A stretch of 38,907 nt of DNA from Folioceros fuciformis (Eukaryota). A program made the translations under genes and the position numbers. The notes beneath the pieces are model-generated. The model saw nothing but the letters and a program-made list of their open reading frames with translations. It did not search any database and was not told where the DNA came from. Where the stretch lies: contig JBNGIO010005061.1 of NCBI GenBank assembly GCA_049999805.1, forward strand, positions 1 to 38,907. The letters are read 5' to 3'. Below are positions 36,579 to 38,907 of the stretch, in pieces; the first letter of the stretch is position 1; each line of letters opens with the position of its first letter.

Positions 36579-36909
36579 GCCGCCTCTCCCGCACTCCGAG
36601 GTGCTATTGCCTTCCTCTTCTACGTTCCTTGCAAGCGGGGCTTAGCTGAGCAGCTTTGTTTGTTGCCAACATATCACAGGCAAGGAAAACACACACGATG
36701 CCAAGGGTTCTGGGCAATGAAACCCGATTGTGTAGTGTATTTCATCCCTGAATCTGGTATAAGACAGTAAACCACTGCGCGAATTCGAGATCCCGGGCAG
36801 CCACTGCCAAAGCCTTGTGGCCTCCACGGCTAACAAGAATCACAACAACAGGAAGCTCGGTAGCGGGGGATCCATTCCATCCTACGAGGGGTTGTGCTAC
36901 TGCTAGGCT

Positions 36910-37623
36910 TCAAACCAATTCAATGAACGCCATGGGAGCGTTGTCACCTCTTCGAGGCATGGTCCGGATGATCCTAGTATAGCCGCCGTTTCTATCGTCG
37001 TATCTGGCAGGCACTTCAGCAAAAATGGAATGCACCAGCTGCTTGTCGTAGAGGAAGCCCAGGGCCTGGCGGCGCTGGTGCAAAGATCCGCCCTTGGCGA
37101 GCGTGATCATGTGGTCCACATACTTGCGCATGGCCCTGGCCCTGGGATGCGTCGTCTTGATCCTGCCGTGCCGCAGTAGCTCCGTGGTGAGCCCCCGGAG
37201 CAGCGCACGGCGCTGGTCCGCGGGGCGCCCCAGCCTCGGCACCTTCCTCCCGTGCCGCATGGCGAACCACTTGCTGCCATTCCCTAGGCCCAGGCTGGAG
37301 CTCTCGAATCCCGGGTCTGGACAGCGCGCACCGGAGGCAAATGCGGCATCCAAGGATTAGAAATGCAGGTGCAGCAGAAGGCGCAGGCATGGCGGGCGGG
37401 GACGTGCGTGGAGGAGGCGATCACCTGTGCGGAGCTGGAGGGGGTTGCTGGAGTGGAGGCCTGAAAAGGACTGGAGCCGGAGCGGGGCTGCGCAGGCGCG
37501 CGCTGGTACACGAAAGCACACGGCCTTGCCCCACGATTTTTTTTTCTGCTGCTGCGGTTGAGAGGCCACAGCGCACTGAGCTAGCGACGCGTGCAGCGAC
37601 GCCATACACAAAGCTCCCGCCAT
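36910..37623 (-). CDS. RPL17: Plastid 50S ribosomal protein L17 with transit peptide
   Basis: Exons 37623-37425 and 37316-36910; '[26 protein letters not shown]...RNGGYTRII...[14 protein letters not shown]'. Confidence 0.95.
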
Positions 37624-38169
37624 CGCCGCGCCGCTGCTCGCTGCTATCCACAAGCAAAGCAAGCTTGCTCGTTCGGTACCGCTCTGTTATCCCAACCAAG
37701 AGCTTGTAGACGTCACGACGAGTGTGCTGCGCGATAATCCCATTTAATTCCGACTCGATGGAGAGTGCCCCTCAGTGTTTGGTTTCCTCGAGCACCTGGT
37801 AACCATTGGTTTCAAGCTAAAAGCTTTCTACGTACATACATATGTCTACGTAGTCCTCCACGTAGTACTTTATTTAGTTTAAAGAAGGGCTTTGATCTAG
37901 AAATTTATGTATAATTAAATCTTATTATCTTGGTAAATGAAGGAAGAACTTATGGATCACATCAGTATTAAGAAGAGAAGTACATACATATAATATATAT
38001 GAACTATATATATAGGTCAACAAAGAAAATAAAGTCTTCAACGAAGTACATCCCAGAAAGATAGAGTGTAAATTGAACTACTCTATTCGTTTATCAACTC
38101 CATACGGAAGTGAATGTACATAGAACTCACAGGTCACATCCATGTTGAAAAACGTAGAGGCCAGCAATA

Positions 38170-38907
38170 CAGTCAGACCACTCTAATTGGGACCCCTATA
38201 AATGGGTAACCCCCTTAAATGGGCTTACTCCCTTGAATGTGCTACATGCTAAATGAAAACCCCTCTAATTTGTAAGTGGGAACATGTTTCCCAAACATTG
38301 AATGTAAGTACACCTCTGTAAAAGGGAAAATATTTTAAAACATAAAAAATAAAAAAATAAAGGAAATGATCTTATAAAATTAAATTATGAGTTATTGAGA
38401 TTATGTCAAGTTAAAGACTATCGAGATTATATCATAAAACATAGACAATCATCGAGATTGTCATCGAGATTGAGCCTATATATGTAGTAGTTTTGTACAC
38501 TATGCTTTGTGATCAGAAGCATTGTTCCTATTACATACGTTGTTTCATTGTATAAGTTGTCTTATGGTGTTGTAAGTTGTTGTCTTGCTGTGAGATATTT
38601 TGTATGTGTTCCTTATCCATTCTCTGTGATGTGTAGGAACAATGTCGCCCAAGTCGCCCCGCAAGCATGCAACCCTAACAAAAAAAAAAAAAAAAAAGAG
38701 GTTTGCGAATATTATGTCCAACAGTCTTGCACACTTAACGAGTTGACTAGATGGACAACGGAGAAGTTTTTAATAGCAGCTTCTAAAAGTGCATTGTCTA
38801 GGATTGTAAAAAACAAAGACAAATGGTTAGACCCTGCCATTGGTCCAACAACTAATATGGCAGGAATGAGGAATAGACCAGTTGTATGCCCACAGGTTGA
38901 CCACGCA
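38170..38907 (+). mobile_element. Left end of a pogo/Tigger-like Tc1-mariner transposon with partial CENP-B-type transposase
   Basis: TA|CAGTCAGACCACTCTAATTGGG terminus with subterminal (T)AA(A/T)TGGG repeats. From ATG 38642: MSPKSPRKHATLT...KEVCEYYVQQSCTLNELTRWTTEKF...SKSALSRIVKNKDKW...RPVVCPQVDHA (HTH). Frameshift in the poly-A at 38680-38697; runs off the window end. Confidence 0.75.

Overview
Gene-dense nuclear DNA of a seed-free land plant with flagellated sperm. Introns are short (mostly 60-140 nt, GT-AG) and the compactness is hornwort- or lycophyte-like; the taxon is inferred, not shown. In order: a 7TM membrane protein resembling the transmembrane part of plant RGS1 but with no RGS domain; a CFAP57/WDR65 axonemal gene with a ~630-aa low-complexity tail; a hidden 5-exon EF-hand/'QEYGW' gene (candidate microtubule inner protein); a conserved plant transmembrane protein; a wall-associated kinase; a ~4.7-kb decayed Mutator-like element (long TIRs, SWIM-type transposase, a convergent second gene, a nested solo LTR); four tandem single-DUF26 (Gnk2) secreted proteins; an SDN5/REXO-like exonuclease whose enlarged intron holds a nested-stem structured element; a long coiled-coil protein; an organellar RsgA GTPase; plastid ribosomal protein L17; and the left end of a pogo-like transposon. 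Gene models were spliced by hand, and family calls come from recalled motifs, not database searches.
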